The translations under genes and the position numbers were made by a program. Under the pieces are notes generated by a model. The model saw nothing but the letters and a program-made list of their open reading frames with translations. It was not told the DNA's origin and made no database searches. This document shows, in pieces, positions 1-8,823 of a DNA stretch of 20,358 nt. The stretch covers positions 12,638 through 32,995 of the forward strand of contig CAYYQL010000030.1 of NCBI GenBank assembly GCA_964473825.1, given 5' to 3'. Numbering within the stretch: position 1 is the stretch's first letter; each line of letters begins with the position of its first letter. The DNA is from an uncultured archaeon. Its GTDB lineage: Archaea; Asgardarchaeota; Thorarchaeia; Thorarchaeales; Thorarchaeaceae.

Positions 1-308
1 GTCGCCTTGCACTTGGTGCATCTATAGAATTCAGTAGCCCCTTCATCGGCTCGACGGGTCTGTGATGTCCAGTAGTATGCTTCATTGTTTCCACATTCGG
101 GACATGTTGCCTTTGTAACGGGCATAGGAATCGAGTCATCCTCTACCACCACAATCTTGTCTTTAGGGGTCTTCTCTATCTTGTGAGTGACTCTTAACTC
201 GCCACTGAGGCTCTGTGTATGGCCGCAACTCCTGCACTTCAGAACCCTCTCACCCTCTTCGTTTCTCACCGGTGCCATCATTGCGCCGCATTTTTCACAG
301 AACTGCAT
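1..308 (-). CDS. tfs: Transcription factor S (TFS / RpoM family), 3'-truncated by the window edge
   Basis: Not in the ORF track. Manual translation from ATG at 308 gives MQFCEKCGAMMAP... (N-terminal Zn ribbon) and ...CPECGN...AYYWTSQTRRADEGATEFYRCTKCKA. This is the C-terminal Zn ribbon with the TFIIS acidic hairpin QTRxADE. Confidence 0.93.
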   Translation of the reverse strand, partial: MQFCEKCGAMMAPVRNEEGERVLKCRSCGHTQSLSGELRVTHKIEKTPKDKIVVVEDDSIPMPVTKATCPECGNNEAYYWTSQTRRADEGATEFYRCTKCKA

Positions 309-385
309 CTTTGCACGACCCGTTGTTTCTCTTCGAGGAGTTGGAGTCAGTCAATTAAGCATTACTACATCGTAGATGGTTGGTT

Positions 386-799
386 CTACTCCTCAGGAAG
401 ATATTCGTTGACCCCATCCAAGAGATGAATGAAGGCGAGCGTTGCCAATTCTGCCTCCAGCCTTCGACTCATACCCGGTTCAATTTCCAGCTTCTCCTTC
501 AGAATCTGGACTAGGTCTTGGTGCCGCACCCTGCCTGTGAGCCAGATATATGCCATGAGTGCTTCGTATGCATCTGCTGCCTCTCCGGCATCTGTCCTTC
601 TCCCAATGTGTTCATACACTCTGTGTTCCCGAATCGCCTTTGCAAGAACCGAGTCTCGTACCTTCTCTCCCGTCGCCTCTCCTAACACAAGTGATTTGGC
701 AAGTGAGTAGCAAAGATTCACAAGCCCATCCCCTAGCTTTGCTAGGCCTTTGTCATTCATTATACCTCTAAGAGTATGATGACGTACCAAAGACTGCAC
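386..799 (-). CDS. Archaeal ribonuclease III-like (mini-III-type) protein
   Basis: DKGLAKLGDGLVNL.YSLA and ADAYEAL motifs resemble the RNase III-like family found beside rpoL/tfs in archaea. The start may instead be ATG at 760. Confidence 0.8.
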   Translation of the reverse strand: MQSLVRHHTLRGIMNDKGLAKLGDGLVNLCYSLAKSLVLGEATGEKVRDSVLAKAIREHRVYEHIGRRTDAGEAADAYEALMAYIWLTGRVRHQDLVQILKEKLEIEPGMSRRLEAELATLAFIHLLDGVNEYLPEE

Positions 800-828
800 A
801 GAATGCCACCATCACGGTTACCGACTGA

Positions 829-1119
829 TTAGTCAACATCGAAATCAGATACGGCCTGTTTGAACCTCTTCCTGAATTCTTCTGTTCTTGCCAACATCTT
901 CTCAAGGGCATCTCTCAAAACAGTATGCGCGTGCCTTCGCTCTGTTCTCAATGCGAATACTGGATTTGTAAGAAGTGGATGGTCGATATTATACCCCGCA
1001 AAGTCGACAGAATCCTCTTCTAACAGGGTTCTCCTGAGCAGATTGCAGAACGAATGTCCCTCTCCCACAATCTCAAACTTGATCTCAAATGTACTATGTT
1101 CGATTATTCTTGGTTCCAT
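829..1119 (-). CDS. rpoL: DNA-directed RNA polymerase subunit L (Rpo11)
   Basis: GEGHSFCNLLR...V.FAGY.IDHPL matches the Rpo11/RPB11 signature. GGAG SD upstream. Confidence 0.95.
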   Translation of the reverse strand: MEPRIIEHSTFEIKFEIVGEGHSFCNLLRRTLLEEDSVDFAGYNIDHPLLTNPVFALRTERRHAHTVLRDALEKMLARTEEFRKRFKQAVSDFDVD

Positions 1120-1121
1120 CC

Positions 1122-1814
1122 CTATCTCCTCCGAGAACGTCTGTCACGGCTACCTCTCCTGGATCCACGGTCGCGCCTGTCATACGGTTTTCTTTGTGGT
1201 GCAAGCTCCGGCCTCTTTTGAAGCCCAAACTTCTCACCATAATCCTCGGCCACTTCGCGTGTTTCTCTATTCTCACACCGCAGACAGATCATGTTGTTTC
1301 GAGTCGTCAACGTCAGAGGATACCCACATTTGACACATCGCGAGAATAATACTCCGAACTCTTTACCGACAAGGCTGAGTTCAACTGGTATCTCGTGGGT
1401 ATTCAAGGCATGTGCTTGCACGACATCTCCTTGGCTGACAACATTGCGCATGGACTTGACATATCTGCGCGTTACGTTGCTGATATGAATCTCGCCAACC
1501 AAGGGACTATGCACGTTCTCTCCATTTATCTTGATTATACTGATCTCTGCTCTCTGGTCATATACATTCGTAGCTTCCCCCACAATCTCATCCTCTCTCT
1601 GGGGGAGCGCAATTCTCATTCGTCCCTCTTTATCGACAACTCTGATTGTTCTCTTCTTGAGGTCCATCTCTACGCTACCTGCTGTTGCTGCGTAGACTAC
1701 ACCATCCAGTTCATAGGTGCCCATACTTGGAAACAGCTCTTCAATCACGCATAACTGCTCCCCTGGCACCACAACATCTCCGCTCTTGACGTCCGCCAAA
1801 TCATTCACCATCAT
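1122..1814 (-). CDS. csl4: Exosome RNA-binding cap subunit Csl4, with Arg-rich C-terminal tail
   Basis: VVPGEQL...G.GTYE N-terminal domain, S1 domain (GEIHISNV), Zn ribbon CVKC...CLRC. Located upstream of rpoL as in other archaea. Confidence 0.93.
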   Translation of the reverse strand: MMVNDLADVKSGDVVVPGEQLCVIEELFPSMGTYELDGVVYAATAGSVEMDLKKRTIRVVDKEGRMRIALPQREDEIVGEATNVYDQRAEISIIKINGENVHSPLVGEIHISNVTRRYVKSMRNVVSQGDVVQAHALNTHEIPVELSLVGKEFGVLFSRCVKCGYPLTLTTRNNMICLRCENRETREVAEDYGEKFGLQKRPELAPQRKPYDRRDRGSRRGSRDRRSRRR

Positions 1815-2430
1815 TCATACATATGCGATACAGGTCCACGTTCACGATATGCTTTTCCTTCCTGTGAAACTCGTACAGGTGAGGTATCGGAAACGCAAAG
1901 GTCTCTATCTGTGTAACAGTTCCTCCTAGGTCCTCAATAGCTTTCTGGAGGAATGCTCTGTTCTTCTTACCGGCCAAGTGTATACTGTAAGTTGTTTTTG
2001 CTATGGACAGAGATTTTCTCAGGAAACTCAAGTCAGCACCTCGTTTCTTCACGCCGAAGGGAGGGTTGCTGACCACAGTATCCACGTTCCGTTTCATCTC
2101 AAGAGAAGAAACATCTCCAAGGACCCAGTCAGTGTTGAATTCTGTCCCTAGTAGTTTCGCGTTTCTTTGAGAGACCTTTAAGGCTTTGGATTGAACATCT
2201 ACGCCGATAACGCGTTCGGCACCAAGCAGAGCTGCTCCAAGGGCGAAGATCCCGTCGCCACAACCCAAATCACAGACGAATCTGCCCACGATGTCTCCGT
2301 GTTCCATTTCTGCTGCAAACACGATGGTTGCCACAATATTGGCGGGGGTCGGATAGTACTCTAGGGACACATCAAGCCCATCGACCCGTTCAATTGTCTG
2401 TAATATCATCTCTAGGTCTCTCAGACGCAA
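1801..2430 (-). CDS. METTL5-like (COG2263) N6-adenine RNA methyltransferase
   Basis: LEYYPTP, DLGCGDG (SAM-binding motif), NPPFG (N6-adenine MTase motif), YSIH and FHRK. Overlaps the csl4 start. Confidence 0.9.
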   Translation of the reverse strand: MRLRDLEMILQTIERVDGLDVSLEYYPTPANIVATIVFAAEMEHGDIVGRFVCDLGCGDGIFALGAALLGAERVIGVDVQSKALKVSQRNAKLLGTEFNTDWVLGDVSSLEMKRNVDTVVSNPPFGVKKRGADLSFLRKSLSIAKTTYSIHLAGKKNRAFLQKAIEDLGGTVTQIETFAFPIPHLYEFHRKEKHIVNVDLYRICMNDGE

Positions 2431-2480
2431 TCCTGATTCACTGCCTATCTCTATTGATACCTCATCAATCGAATATCTCT

Positions 2481-2598
2481 GCCTTTTGTCTTCCTATTGT
2501 AAAAGAGCCGTCAAATGTAATACGTACCCTTATGTGTTCCAAACGCTCCAATGGTTCCAGTGGAAATGCAGTGGAACCGACCCCCATTTCCTATGGAG
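2481..2598. promoter_or_regulatory. ORB-like Orc1/Cdc6 binding boxes upstream of cdc6 (candidate oriC or autoregulatory site)
   Basis: GTTCCAGTGGAAATG at 2554-2568 (+). CTCCATAGGAAATGGGGG at 2598-2581 (-), with G-string. A weaker ACAATAGGAAGACAAAAGGC at 2500-2481 (-). All lie directly upstream of cdc6. Confidence 0.72.
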
Positions 2599-2607
2599 TG
2601 ATATACC

Positions 2608-3855
2608 TTGGAGAAGCCGCTGGATAAACTATTCGATAAGTTCCTTCAGGGACAGGCAATTTTCAGGAATCGGAACGCCCTGCGTCCCACATTTGTCCCT
2701 GACAATCTTCCTTTTAGAGACGAACAGATGAGCAGAATTGCGTCCATTCTTGGGCCTGCACTCAAGGGGGCACCACCCTCAAACATTCTCTGCTATGGTA
2801 AGACTGGTACTGGGAAGACGGTGGTGGCTAGGTATGTCCTGAAGCTGCTTGTGCAGAAGGCTACCCAGAGTGCAGTGCGAGCTCCATTCACAGCTTATGT
2901 GAACTGTCGAATTGTTGGGACCAACTACCGCGTGTTGAAACGATTGTGCGATCAGGTTGATGCCACAATGCCTGATGGGTCGGAAGTACCGTTCACAGGA
3001 CTCCCTACAGACGAGATACGCGACATACTCAAGAAAGAACTGGATAAGGATGCCAATATCCTGACAGTTGTGTTGGACGAGGTCGATAGCCTTCTGAAGA
3101 GAGATATCAGCCAAGGCAATGATATCCTCTATGGTCTTACACGCATGAATAGCGAACTGGAACGCAGTAGAATAAGCATAATTGGCATCAGCAACGACCT
3201 AAAATTCAAGGAGATGCTTGACCCCAGGGTCCTGAGTACGCTCGGTGAAGAAGAAGTCATCTTTCCGCCCTATAATGCTGTCGAGCTGAAAGGAATCCTC
3301 GAACAGCGAGTCGCGATGGCTTTCTCTGAGAATGCAATATCTGATGAGGGAGTCATCAATCTTGTTGGAGCTCTAGCCGCACAGGAGCACGGTGATGCCC
3401 GCCGGGCCCTCGACTTGCTTCGTACTGCAGGAGAATTATCCGAGCGGCGTGGTGATGACACGGTCACTCAAGAACATGTACGAGAGGCGCAAAAGGTCCT
3501 CGAACGCGACAGTGTCACTGAAGCAATCAAAACACTTCCCATGCAGTCCAAGGCGGTCTTGTTTGCTGTCTACGCTCTTGCAAAGCAGGGTCAGAAAGAT
3601 ATCTTCACAGGGGAATGTTTCAATGCCTACACAGAAGTGGCCAGAGCGCTGTCTCTTGATACTCTGACACAGAGGCGTGTATCTGATCTGATATCGGAGC
3701 TGGACATGCTCGGTCTAATCAACACTACAGTCATTTCAAAGGGGCGCTATGGTCGTACAAAGAAGATCCGACTTGCTGTTGGCAAGAGCCAGCTCGGCAG
3801 TATTCTCGATAGCGATAATAGGCTCAGCAAGATTGCGAAGGAAGTCTTGGATTGA
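2608..3855 (+). CDS. cdc6: Orc1/Cdc6 replication initiator
   Basis: Walker A GKTGTGKT, YVNC, Walker B VLDEVD, GDARRALDLLR, C-terminal winged helix with SKGRYGRT. TTG start with GGAGTGA SD at 2595-2601. Confidence 0.97.
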   Translation: MEKPLDKLFDKFLQGQAIFRNRNALRPTFVPDNLPFRDEQMSRIASILGPALKGAPPSNILCYGKTGTGKTVVARYVLKLLVQKATQSAVRAPFTAYVNCRIVGTNYRVLKRLCDQVDATMPDGSEVPFTGLPTDEIRDILKKELDKDANILTVVLDEVDSLLKRDISQGNDILYGLTRMNSELERSRISIIGISNDLKFKEMLDPRVLSTLGEEEVIFPPYNAVELKGILEQRVAMAFSENAISDEGVINLVGALAAQEHGDARRALDLLRTAGELSERRGDDTVTQEHVREAQKVLERDSVTEAIKTLPMQSKAVLFAVYALAKQGQKDIFTGECFNAYTEVARALSLDTLTQRRVSDLISELDMLGLINTTVISKGRYGRTKKIRLAVGKSQLGSILDSDNRLSKIAKEVLD

Positions 3856-3881
3856 GGCAGAGCTGATCGGAGGCCGCACAA

Positions 3882-4508
3882 GTGCCCGATTGGGACTCCA
3901 TCTTCAGAGCTAAGGGGCACGTTTTCAAGGATCCTCATTCGGACATGATGGACTTGGTCGAGCTCTTTGAGCAACACAATGTAAACAGAGTGCTAGATGT
4001 TGGGTGCGGTACTGGAAGACACATAGTCTATTTGGCAGAACGAGGCTTCGATGCATTTGGTTTTGACTCCTCTCGTCATGCTGTCAATATGGCACGAACC
4101 TGGTTGAAAGCCAGTGGATTTCGTCCCCGGGTGAAGGTCCATAGGATGGAACAACCGTTCCCTTATGATGATGATTTCTTTGATGCTGTCATTTCCATTC
4201 AGGTCATACATCACAATCTTACAGATGCCATCCGACTCACCGTGAAGGAGATAGCTCGAGTACTGAGAGACGAAGGGATACTCTTCGTCACCTTCCCTAT
4301 ACTTGGTCCCAAACCAGAGAATGGCGGCTGGGAACTTGAAGAGATAGAATCAGGGACATATATTCCGCATAAAGGAATGGAAGCCGGGATACCCCACCAC
4401 TACTTCACGATGAAAGAGATTCCCGAGGTCTTCCATGAGTTCAAGATCATGGAGCAATACATAGATGACACAGGTCATAGATGCATTCTAGCCAGAAGAG
4501 AGTCTTAG
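3882..4508 (+). CDS. Class I SAM-dependent methyltransferase
   Basis: VLDVGCGTGRH, FDAVIS, E..RVL...G motifs. GTG start preceded by GGAGG. Confidence 0.88.
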   Translation: MPDWDSIFRAKGHVFKDPHSDMMDLVELFEQHNVNRVLDVGCGTGRHIVYLAERGFDAFGFDSSRHAVNMARTWLKASGFRPRVKVHRMEQPFPYDDDFFDAVISIQVIHHNLTDAIRLTVKEIARVLRDEGILFVTFPILGPKPENGGWELEEIESGTYIPHKGMEAGIPHHYFTMKEIPEVFHEFKIMEQYIDDTGHRCILARRES

Positions 4509-4517
4509 TAGTACGAA

Positions 4518-5699
4518 TCATAGTCCGAAGTATGGAAAGACCAGGTCCTTGACCTTTTCAATGGATTCATCGACGGCGCGTTTTATGTTGGGTTCGTGCT
4601 GGCAGTCCATCCTCTGCGGTCTGTCTGTCCAACCCCCCCTCCTGACCTCTAGTCCATGTTTCCGACAGAGCTCAATCCATTCAGCTGGTAGGGTGGGTGG
4701 AAGTGCAATATCTGCTATGTCTGCTAGCACCATTGTCCATATCTTCGCTGTTACCACAGGATTATAGCCTCCCCCACCGACACACACAAGATTTGCATTC
4801 CTGAGGTGAACGAGCTGTCGCACGGTCCTAGAGAGTCGCTGATAAGTATCCATATTGAGCATAAGGTCGGCGAGCGGGTCCTCCATGTGGGCATCTCCAC
4901 CTAAATCCCAGAACACAAGGTCGGGCGTATACGAGAGCCAGATTGGGACAACAACTTCTTCAAACGCTTTCCAGAACTCGATGTCGTCGGTCAAGGGCGG
5001 AAGCGGTATGTTGACCGAATATCCCTTTCCATCCCCGACACCCAGATTCTCTGGCCTGCCGGTTCCAGGAAAGAAGCCCATGCTCAGTTCATGCATTGAA
5101 ATTGTCAGAACATTGGGATCACTATAGAATGCAGCCTGAGTGCCATCCCCGTGGTGTACATCGGTGTCCAAATACAAGACTTTCCTGTCCGGGTATGCTT
5201 CACGATATTTCTTCAACGCTATCACGCAGTCGTTGTAATAGCAGAAGCCTGCTGCTTTGCTCTCTGTTGCATGATGCAGACCACCATAGAATGACATGGC
5301 GTCCTCGAAATCACCGTTTGCTACTCCCATGACTGCGTCAATACTGGCCCCGACGGGATAGCTTGCGTATTTGTCCATCTGTGGAAAGACAGGGCACTCA
5401 TCCGAGTCGAGTCCGAAACGGGACGCGAAGGCCGTTCCCATATTACCAAAGAGCTCCATGGTCTCGATATAGGATGGGTCATGATACATGCCCAGCTCAT
5501 CTCGTTTTGCCAACCTCATGTCTTGGACTGAAACCCTGGGGTTCTCTGTGATCCCACACATGACAGGGAGACTCCAAGTGATCTCGAGTCTGGTCCTGTT
5601 CCAGAATGGATTTGGTGTGGGCCTCATTCTCTGGAGCTCATCGATGCCATAGAGCTCAAGCATTCTCTCCGGACTGTACAGTGCAGTAAGTTCAGACAT
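4518..5699 (-). CDS. Histone deacetylase superfamily protein (AcuC/class I HDAC-like)
   Basis: GGLHHA, GFCYYND, LDTDVHHGDG, FFPGTG, DAH..DPL and GGGGY motifs. Zn ligands and the catalytic His pair/Tyr are intact. Confidence 0.93.
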   Translation of the reverse strand: MSELTALYSPERMLELYGIDELQRMRPTPNPFWNRTRLEITWSLPVMCGITENPRVSVQDMRLAKRDELGMYHDPSYIETMELFGNMGTAFASRFGLDSDECPVFPQMDKYASYPVGASIDAVMGVANGDFEDAMSFYGGLHHATESKAAGFCYYNDCVIALKKYREAYPDRKVLYLDTDVHHGDGTQAAFYSDPNVLTISMHELSMGFFPGTGRPENLGVGDGKGYSVNIPLPPLTDDIEFWKAFEEVVVPIWLSYTPDLVFWDLGGDAHMEDPLADLMLNMDTYQRLSRTVRQLVHLRNANLVCVGGGGYNPVVTAKIWTMVLADIADIALPPTLPAEWIELCRKHGLEVRRGGWTDRPQRMDCQHEPNIKRAVDESIEKVKDLVFPYFGL

Positions 5700-5835
5700 A
5701 TCGCGTTCTCCATTCTGGGGTTTGTTTCACTCGAGAGATACCGAACCATTCCGCGTTCACCTCATAAACAATTCCAATTGTGAATTACAGGCGCTTCGAA
5801 AGCCTCATTATGAATCCCCTCGTCTATGAGTTATT

Positions 5836-6864
5836 ATGTCTAATTTCGAGCTCATCAAAGAGACCCTGATCGGCAATTTGGGGGAGAGAGTACCCATATC
5901 CATTTGGAAGCACCATCCTGAGCTGGATAGAACTCCTGAAGGTCTAGCAGAAGAAGAGATTGCTTTCCATCGGAAGTATGATCATGACTTGCTGAAGATA
6001 TCCTTCCATGGAAGATATCCTGTGGTTGACTGGGGTTGCGTTGCGATATACGATGGCTCTCCATCGGGGTCTACTACCTGTAAGAGTTGTGCGGTGCAGA
6101 AGGCCAGTGATTGGGAAACCCTTGAGCCGCTTGATGTTAATGCGGGAGAGTTCGGTCGTCAGGTTCATGCAGTCAAGCTGATCCGCGACTACGCCCAAGA
6201 AACTGTTCCTACCATGTCAACAGTCTTTGACCCTGCCATGGTTGCAGAGAAGCTTTGTGAAAAGAAGTTTATCCACTACATAGAGAACAACCCGGAGACT
6301 ATGAAGGGTGTACTTGAGATGATTACCGATGTCATGGCCGATTTCGGTAGAGCCACTCTTGATGCCGGAGCCAATGGCATATTCTTGGCTTCCCAACACT
6401 CCACCGAATCCGCCGTTACCGACAGCCAGTACGATGAGTTTGTGCTTCCTTATCAGAAGAGGCTACTCTCAAGGCTTCGTGGAAAAGCAGACTTTGTCGT
6501 TTTGCACCTCCATGCTCGTGACGAGGGTGAGCAAATCCGTTTCAATCCCATATCCAAGACTCCGGGAACTATCGGCATAAACTGGGAAGACCAAACATCA
6601 GCAACCAGTTTGAAGGAGGGAAAGAAATTGACACGAAAGACAGTCCTTGGTGGAATAGACCACAGAGGTTGGTTCAAGACAGGTACCGCAGAGGAGGTCA
6701 CGGAGGAGATCATTGAGACCCTGCAATCGGCAGGCCTTCGTCGTCTGATTGTTGCGCCCGGATGCGTTGTTCAAGTTGATACCCCAGAAGAGAACATAGA
6801 AGCAGTTGTTGACGCTGTCAAAGCAATCAATCCTTGGTCTAGAGGCTGGGAGGACTACACATGA
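5836..6864 (+). CDS. Uroporphyrinogen decarboxylase (UroD/MtaA-CmuA) superfamily protein, not canonical HemE
   Basis: TIM-barrel family motifs: LDAGANGIF, Y.EFVLPY, LHLH, LGGID, IVAPGC...TPEENIEA. Lacks the HemE RQAGR motif and has WKHH instead. Confidence 0.8.
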   Translation: MSNFELIKETLIGNLGERVPISIWKHHPELDRTPEGLAEEEIAFHRKYDHDLLKISFHGRYPVVDWGCVAIYDGSPSGSTTCKSCAVQKASDWETLEPLDVNAGEFGRQVHAVKLIRDYAQETVPTMSTVFDPAMVAEKLCEKKFIHYIENNPETMKGVLEMITDVMADFGRATLDAGANGIFLASQHSTESAVTDSQYDEFVLPYQKRLLSRLRGKADFVVLHLHARDEGEQIRFNPISKTPGTIGINWEDQTSATSLKEGKKLTRKTVLGGIDHRGWFKTGTAEEVTEEIIETLQSAGLRRLIVAPGCVVQVDTPEENIEAVVDAVKAINPWSRGWEDYT

Positions 6865-8573
6865 AGAACAAGGTCATTGCACAAATTCTGGCTGAGATCA
6901 GCATTCTAGTTGAGGTTGCCGGAGCGGAGCCGTATAAGGCAAGGGCTTACAGTAGAGCAGCACGCTCCATTCGCAATCTAGGCGAAGACATTGAGGCGAT
7001 AGCAGATCGAGGAGAACTCACAGAGATTCCCGGAATTGGGAAAGGTATTGCTGAGAAGATCAAATCTTATCTTGAAACGGGTTCCATCGATGAGCTTGAT
7101 CGACTCCACAAGAGGGTGCCCATCAATGTCCGGGAACTAGAGGCAATTCCGGGAGTGGGACCCAAGACAATCAAATTGCTCTACGACGAGCTCAAGATTG
7201 TTAATCTGGACTCGCTGGAGAAGGCAGCACGGGCTGGAGAGATAGCTGGCTTGAAAGGTATGGGTGAGAAGACCGTGAGCCAGATTCTGGAGGGCATCGA
7301 ACTGGTCCGGTCAGGGCTGAAGAGAACGCTGCTGTCTGACGCGTTAGCGGCTGCAGAACGGATGAGCACTCATCTGGACTCTCATGCTGACATTAATCAA
7401 CTCACAATAGCAGGGTCCATTCGGAGGAGAAAAGAAACAATCGGCGATGTTGACATTCTTGTTGATGCAGATGACTGGGAGTCTGCGGTAGAGGCCTTCA
7501 TCAGTCTGGATGATGTTGATGACGTAATCGTGAGTGGGACTACAAAGACCTCTATTCGTCTGAGCAGTGGTCTGCAGATGGACCTTCGATTGCTTCCTTC
7601 GGAGAGCTACGGTGCTGGTCTTCAATATTTCACAGGAAACGTTGACCATAATGTCAGACTGAGGTCGATCGCCCGCAAGAAAGGGCTAAAACTCAATGAA
7701 TACGGCCTCTTCAAGGGCGAGAAACGCATTGCTGGGGAGATTGAGGAGGCCCTCTACCGGAAACTTGATCTCGATTTCATCTTGCCCGAGCTTCGTGAGA
7801 ATACAGGAGAGATTGAGGCCGCTCAGTCAGGTCAACTCCCGGAGGTCATCGACCTTGATGATATACGTGGAGACCTTCATGGGCATACTGATCAATCGGA
7901 TGGCGCGAATAGCATCGAGGAGATGCTCAATGCTGCATGCGCTTTGAACTACGAATACTACTGTGTATCAGATCATACCCAGAGCCTTACAATCGCGAAT
8001 GGGATGGACGAAGATGAGGTCTTGGCGCGCATTGAAGAGATTGATGCACTGAATGCCTCTGGTCATTGGAATATGCGCATCTTGAAAGGTGCTGAGGTTG
8101 ATATACTTGAGAATGGCGAGCTCGACTTGGATGATGCCGTTCTTGATGCTCTCGACATAGTCACGGCCTCGATTCATAGCAGAATGAAAGACAGCAAAGA
8201 GAAGATTACCGAAAGAGTCTGTACGGCACTTGAACACCCGAATGTCCACGTTCTTGGGCATCCCACAGGACGTCTTCTCCTCAAGAGATCCGAGTATGAG
8301 ATTGACCTTGATGCCGTCTTCGAAGTCGCGAAAAGAAACAATGTTATCATGGAGCTCAATGCCCATCCCATGCGACTTGACCTGAGTGCTGGAAATCTGA
8401 GAAAGGCAACAGGCTTGGGTCTGAAGATTGTCATCAATACTGACGCTCACAGAACCGATGAGCTTCAGAACATGAGATACGGTATCTTTCAGGCTCGCCG
8501 CGGCTGGGTCACCAAGGATGATGTGGTCAATACCTATCCGCTAGAAGAATTGATGAGCATTCTACGGAAGTAG
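6861..8573 (+). CDS. polX: DNA polymerase X with C-terminal PHP nuclease domain
   Basis: HhH motifs (IPGIGKGIA, IPGVGPKT), GSIRR.KETIGDVD plus MDLR catalytic Asp triad, YFTG, LNEYGL. PHP motifs DLHGHT, SDH, GAEVD, GHPTGR, NTDAH. Confidence 0.96.
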   Translation: MKNKVIAQILAEISILVEVAGAEPYKARAYSRAARSIRNLGEDIEAIADRGELTEIPGIGKGIAEKIKSYLETGSIDELDRLHKRVPINVRELEAIPGVGPKTIKLLYDELKIVNLDSLEKAARAGEIAGLKGMGEKTVSQILEGIELVRSGLKRTLLSDALAAAERMSTHLDSHADINQLTIAGSIRRRKETIGDVDILVDADDWESAVEAFISLDDVDDVIVSGTTKTSIRLSSGLQMDLRLLPSESYGAGLQYFTGNVDHNVRLRSIARKKGLKLNEYGLFKGEKRIAGEIEEALYRKLDLDFILPELRENTGEIEAAQSGQLPEVIDLDDIRGDLHGHTDQSDGANSIEEMLNAACALNYEYYCVSDHTQSLTIANGMDEDEVLARIEEIDALNASGHWNMRILKGAEVDILENGELDLDDAVLDALDIVTASIHSRMKDSKEKITERVCTALEHPNVHVLGHPTGRLLLKRSEYEIDLDAVFEVAKRNNVIMELNAHPMRLDLSAGNLRKATGLGLKIVINTDAHRTDELQNMRYGIFQARRGWVTKDDVVNTYPLEELMSILRK

Positions 8574-8625
8574 CGTTTCTCAACCATTTTAGTTGTTCAT
8601 CCTTTCTTATCCTCTCTCTTGGGCT

Positions 8626-8710
8626 AGTCACAAATTGTGACTTCATTGCGTGACCCTCCATTGTGGCTTCGCATTATATACTCATTCTGAGCAGTATTTC
8701 TTGTGAAATA
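8626..8710 (+). promoter_or_regulatory. Promoter of the micro-peptide unit: palindrome, TATA box and second inverted repeat
   Basis: Perfect inverted repeat AGTCACAA-A-TTGTGACT (8626-8642), TTATATA (8674-8680), and TATTTC-ttgt-GAAATA (8695-8710) at the expected start site just before ATG 8713. Confidence 0.6.
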
Positions 8711-8712
8711 TC

Positions 8713-8817
8713 ATGGCTCTAACAATCAACAACCGGACTGACTCCGAGAAGAAGAACATCGCAAAGCCCCAGAGCACCAAGGCTCTGGCCCATGCATACT
8801 GCTACTCCCTAAGGTGA
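8713..8817 (+). CDS. Small peptide A, 34 aa: MALTINNRTDSEKKNIAKPQSTKALAHAYCYSLR
   Basis: ATG 32 nt after a TATA box; ends TGA followed by TAA. Its C-terminal motif is shared with the next ORF through synonymous codons. Confidence 0.68.
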   Translation: MALTINNRTDSEKKNIAKPQSTKALAHAYCYSLR

Positions 8818-8823
8818 TAACCA

